Below are positions 60,447 through 64,000 of a DNA stretch of 64,000 nucleotides, in pieces. Source of the stretch: Promethearchaeota archaeon (GTDB lineage Archaea; Asgardarchaeota; Lokiarchaeia; Sigyniarchaeales; SOKP01); the NCBI GenBank assembly GCA_016840085.1, contig JAEOTA010000073.1, positions 1 through 64,000 on the forward strand, given 5' to 3'. The notes under the pieces were generated by a model. That model had not been told where the DNA came from, made no database searches, and saw only the letters and a program-made list of their open reading frames with translations. The number at the start of each line of letters is the position of its first letter. The first letter of the stretch is position 1. Made by a program: the position numbers and the translations under genes.

Positions 60447-61682
60447 TTAAAAGATAGTTTGTAGCATAGCTGCTTCGATCTCGATCATACCTATATTGAA
60501 TTTATCCTTTAACAATAGTTTTTTATATTTAGAAATATCACGTTTACTTGTCATAAGTGAGTGGAATACACCAGCATTTTGCATTGTATTAATGAGCATA
60601 TAACCCATAATTGTAGAATCCTTGAAAAACATTTTCTTATAAATATTATTATGAATATATCTTATTTCCTCACCTTCGTATATTCCATCTGAAACAATAG
60701 GTCTTCCAAAAACCTTGATAAGGGTTTGATTTCCAGATCCTGAATATTCCATCTTTTTTCCAGCCATATTGTAACCTGCAATTGAACCTTGTACTAAAGC
60801 ATTTTGCCATAATAAAATAGAACCTCTTTTTCCAGTTATAATATCTAAGGATTCGGCTATATCTCCTGCTGCATAAACATCAGGTATGTTTGTTTCAAGA
60901 TATTCGTTTACAATAATTCCTGAATTTGTTTTTATTCCACTATCTTTTATAACGTCTAAATTTGGTTTAACTCCAGTTGCAATTATAATCATATCGGCAT
61001 CTAAAGCAGATTTATCAGTAAGCTTAACACTTTCAACTTTCTTCTTTCCAGAAATCTTGGTAATCTCATTTTCTATTCTTACATCAACGCCATGTTCCCG
61101 GAGATTACTTTTCACAATTGTGCTCATCTCTTCATCTAGCATGCAGGGCAAAATTCTATCTGAAGTTTCTATGATTGTAACATTTATATCATGTTTCTTT
61201 AGCCCTTCAGCAGCATCAAGCCCTATAAAGCCTCCTCCAAGAACAAGTGCATTTTTTACTTCTTGTGTTTTAAGCCAATTATGTATATTGTCAGTATCAG
61301 TTAGTGTTTTGAAGGTGAACACACCATTCATATCTAGACCCTTCATGGATGGTAAATCCACATGACCGCCTGCTGCTATCAGGAGTTTATCATAATCAAT
61401 AGATTCATTACCAACTATAACTTTCTTGTCATTAGGTTGGATGTTTTTCACATTATTACCCAATAGTGGGGTGACATTCATCCGATCGTAGAAATCTTCT
61501 CCTTTCCAGAAGGTTATATCTCGCTTATTTTCATCAGCTAGATAATATAAGAGAAGACAAGCAGAATATGGTGGAAGATCTTCATTTGAGATCATTAAAA
61601 TCTCAGATTCTTGATCATATTTCCTTATTGCTTCTACTGCACTTACACCTGCTCCCCCAGTACCAATTATCACATGTCGCAT
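60447..61682 (-). CDS. FAD-dependent pyridine nucleotide-disulfide oxidoreductase (cooS-associated)
   Basis: IIGTGGAG, GGGFIG, ATGVKPN, T.IPDVYAAGD; 30 bp downstream of cooS. Confidence 0.9.
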   Translation of the reverse strand: MRHVIIGTGGAGVSAVEAIRKYDQESEILMISNEDLPPYSACLLLYYLADENKRDITFWKGEDFYDRMNVTPLLGNNVKNIQPNDKKVIVGNESIDYDKLLIAAGGHVDLPSMKGLDMNGVFTFKTLTDTDNIHNWLKTQEVKNALVLGGGFIGLDAAEGLKKHDINVTIIETSDRILPCMLDEEMSTIVKSNLREHGVDVRIENEITKISGKKKVESVKLTDKSALDADMIIIATGVKPNLDVIKDSGIKTNSGIIVNEYLETNIPDVYAAGDIAESLDIITGKRGSILLWQNALVQGSIAGYNMAGKKMEYSGSGNQTLIKVFGRPIVSDGIYEGEEIRYIHNNIYKKMFFKDSTIMGYMLINTMQNAGVFHSLMTSKRDISKYKKLLLKDKFNIGMIEIEAAMLQTIF

Positions 61683-61712
61683 TTTTTTTTCTCACCTTCT
61701 TTACATAGAATA

Positions 61713-63626
61713 TTATATAGGTGCTGCAATTGGTGGTTGTGTTAATCCAAGTGCTTTTCGTTTCTCTTCAATATGGTTAATTATCAAATCAGCTTCTTTT
61801 TCAGGATCCGGCTCCACAGCAAAAGTAGCTCCAACAACATCATTAAGTCCTTGAGTAAGAAGCGAAGTAACATTTTTGCTTCCTAGTACTGGAGGTATAG
61901 CGCCAAGAACAGTGTATATACCAGAAGCGACAACATAACTTCCTATACTAACTGCTTTTTCTGACATCCACTCTGGTGCTGCGCCTGCTACTGGTAAATC
62001 ACTAATATCAACATTTAGAGCTTTTGCAATAGCCGCAGCAACATTCAGAATCCTGCTACAATCTACACAAGATCCCATATGTAGCACAGGTGGAATACCC
62101 AAAGCTTTAGCAATTTCTTTTAACCCTTCACCGGCTTGGTCTGCTGCTTCTGGAACCAATAAACCTGCTTTACCACAGGCAATAGCAGAACAACCAGTCT
62201 CAACAACTAAAATATCATTTTCAATTAACTTCTTGGCAAGCGTCACATGATTATAATCATGCTTTATTTTTGGATTATTGCATCCTACAAGGGCCGCAAT
62301 TCCTCTTATCTTACCTTCTTTAATGGCATCAATGAGAGGTTCGACAGTTCCTCCAAGAGCCTTAATAATAGCTTCAGTAGAAAATCCGCCCATTAATTTA
62401 ACAGGATTTTTAGGTATATTCACTCGATCAGGGTTTCTATTTTCAAAATTTTCAACAGCTTCTTTAACTATATTCTTTCCAATCTCATATGCACGCTCTG
62501 GTTCAAATTCCATATGCATGGCTCCTTGCATTTTTGCTTTAGGGGAGGTAGTTATTAATTTAGTATGATAACAGCTAGCTGTAGAGGATAGGGCAGGCAT
62601 GAGACATTGATAATCAATAACCATAGCTTCAATAGCACCAGTAATTAGTGCAAGCTCTTGTACTAAGAAATTACCAGCAATAGGAATTCCTTTTCTCATT
62701 AAGAGTTCATTTGCTGTACAACAAATTCCAGCAATATTAATTCCATTAGCTCCTTTTTGCTTTGCTAACTCAATCATTTCAGAATCTCTACATGCATCTA
62801 CAACCATTTCAGATAGCACTGGATTATGCCCATGTACAATAATATTTACCATATCTTCCTTTAACACACCAAGGTTTACTAAACTTTCTTTTGGTTCTGG
62901 AGTTCCAAATAGTATGTCACTAAATTCTGTAGCTACCATGGATCCACCCCAACCATCGCTAAGTGATGCTCTAAGACCATGCAATAATATATTCGCATAA
63001 TCTGCACCGACACCAATATGAGTACGATGCATGATTTCAACTATTTCTCTATCAATACTTCTTGGCCAAATGCCAACATTTTTCCATAAATCTTTCCTTT
63101 TATCTGGCACTCGTTCAGCAAATTGGATTGTGTTTTTCATCATTCCAAATTCGTCCATTGCTTTTTCAGCTAATTCCTTTGCAATATCTTCTTTAGCTCT
63201 ACCATCTAAAACAACACCATATTCTTGAGCTATTCGTTTTAATTTCTCTTCGTCAGTAATTTGATATCCTAATGTTTTACCTTCAGCAGTTAAATGAAGA
63301 ACTTCAACTATATCTCTCCCATGATCTGAGTGGGCAGCAGCTCCAGCAGCAATCATTCTTGCTAGATTTCTAGCTACAATTATATCTGAATCAGCACCAC
63401 ATACCCCTCGAGTTGGTTCATTTCCAAAAGGATCAATTCTACAGGGCCCCATTGCACAATTTCGACAACAAATTCCTAGTAATCCATAACCACATTGAGG
63501 TTCTTGAGATTCTAATCTGTCCCAAGCCGTATCGATATGTTCTTCTGCTGCTTTTTCTAAGATTTGTTGAGCAGTTGTATCTATTGTTTTTTCAAAAATT
63601 TCTTCTTTCATCATTTTTATTTTCAC
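61713..63626 (-). CDS. cooS: Anaerobic Ni-CO dehydrogenase catalytic subunit, canonical (start may be ATG 63614/63611)
   Basis: QCGYG..GICCRNC.MGPC...GVCG, AHSDH, GHNP, CCTANE, DYQC, VGCNN, TGC, GSCVD, EWMSEKA. Confidence 0.95.
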   Translation of the reverse strand: MKIKMMKEEIFEKTIDTTAQQILEKAAEEHIDTAWDRLESQEPQCGYGLLGICCRNCAMGPCRIDPFGNEPTRGVCGADSDIIVARNLARMIAAGAAAHSDHGRDIVEVLHLTAEGKTLGYQITDEEKLKRIAQEYGVVLDGRAKEDIAKELAEKAMDEFGMMKNTIQFAERVPDKRKDLWKNVGIWPRSIDREIVEIMHRTHIGVGADYANILLHGLRASLSDGWGGSMVATEFSDILFGTPEPKESLVNLGVLKEDMVNIIVHGHNPVLSEMVVDACRDSEMIELAKQKGANGINIAGICCTANELLMRKGIPIAGNFLVQELALITGAIEAMVIDYQCLMPALSSTASCYHTKLITTSPKAKMQGAMHMEFEPERAYEIGKNIVKEAVENFENRNPDRVNIPKNPVKLMGGFSTEAIIKALGGTVEPLIDAIKEGKIRGIAALVGCNNPKIKHDYNHVTLAKKLIENDILVVETGCSAIACGKAGLLVPEAADQAGEGLKEIAKALGIPPVLHMGSCVDCSRILNVAAAIAKALNVDISDLPVAGAAPEWMSEKAVSIGSYVVASGIYTVLGAIPPVLGSKNVTSLLTQGLNDVVGATFAVEPDPEKEADLIINHIEEKRKALGLTQPPIAAPI

Positions 63627-64000
63627 CTACCTACTTTTGTCATAGAGAGAGCCAAATCACGCCATAATTTGACTAATTCAGGGACTTTTGCTTCAATTTG
63701 CATTTCTGCTGCAAATTGTGTGGCTATTTTAGCCATATCTTTTCTTTCTTCTTTGATAATTTCATTGATATCTCCATATACAAGCGCTCCAGTTTTACAA
63801 GCGTCTACGCAAGCTGGGTTTAAATCATTACTAATACGTTCAAAACAATTATCGCATTTATGAGCCACATCACGATCTATGGAAACACGCCAAGATGGAT
63901 TAAATGTAATAGCATCAAAAGGGCAGACAATAGCACACATACCACATTCGATACATTTCTCTTCATTAATAAGAACGGTGTTTGTATCTTTATCTTTGGT
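63623..64000 (-). CDS. cooF: CooF-like 4Fe-4S electron-transfer subunit (5' end outside window)
   Basis: Frame open to the window edge: CIECGMCAIVCP...KCDNC...PACVDAC.TGAL; overlaps the cooS start. Confidence 0.88.
   Translation of the reverse strand, partial: TKDKDTNTVLINEEKCIECGMCAIVCPFDAITFNPSWRVSIDRDVAHKCDNCFERISNDLNPACVDACKTGALVYGDINEIIKEERKDMAKIATQFAAEMQIEAKVPELVKLWRDLALSMTKVGR

Noticed and set aside
9239-63863. Numerous antisense or overlapping ORFs in the track (e.g. 9239..9742, 19560..19928, 33491..34045, 58758..59213, 60886..61365)
   Set aside because: They lie opposite or within well-supported genes and have no motifs of their own.

Overview
AT-rich (roughly 30% GC by eye), gene-dense archaeal chromosome segment. 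It is very probably from Asgard archaea of the Lokiarchaeia/Promethearchaeota type, based on a Rab-like small GTPase, two longin-like proteins, a Loki-CTERM-like sorting tail, mfnB, GGTGA-type SD motifs and T-tract terminators. I see no rRNA, tRNA, CRISPR array or intact mobile element. Metabolic content: a cooF-cooS-FAD oxidoreductase operon with canonical ligands, a second non-canonical CooS (Cys-to-Glu in the C-cluster, clade D/CooS-V-like), many SAM methyltransferases, five ICMT/PEMT-family paralogs, and lipid/organic-scavenging enzymes (Ntn acylase, sulfatase, S1P-lyase-like enzyme, beta-oxidation enzymes). Most notable observations: (1) an ABC-exporter locus with two membrane-anchored bacterial-PH-domain/XRE-HTH fusion proteins, a double-HTH regulator and a repeated TGTTAA-N6-TTAACA palindrome; (2) fused and split homologs of the eukaryotic GPI-lipid remodelase Cwh43/PGAP2IP; (3) a Pro/Glu tandem-repeat protein with 17 EP(I/V)YE tyrosine motifs, whose real frame is missed by the ORF track; (4) four genes that appear to start at ATT/ATA; (5) a SET-domain protein; (6) an ArsR/ARPP-1 pair with a phased operator array; (7) several gene relics, one explained by a visible 14-bp microhomology. 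All family assignments come from motif recognition, not database searches.
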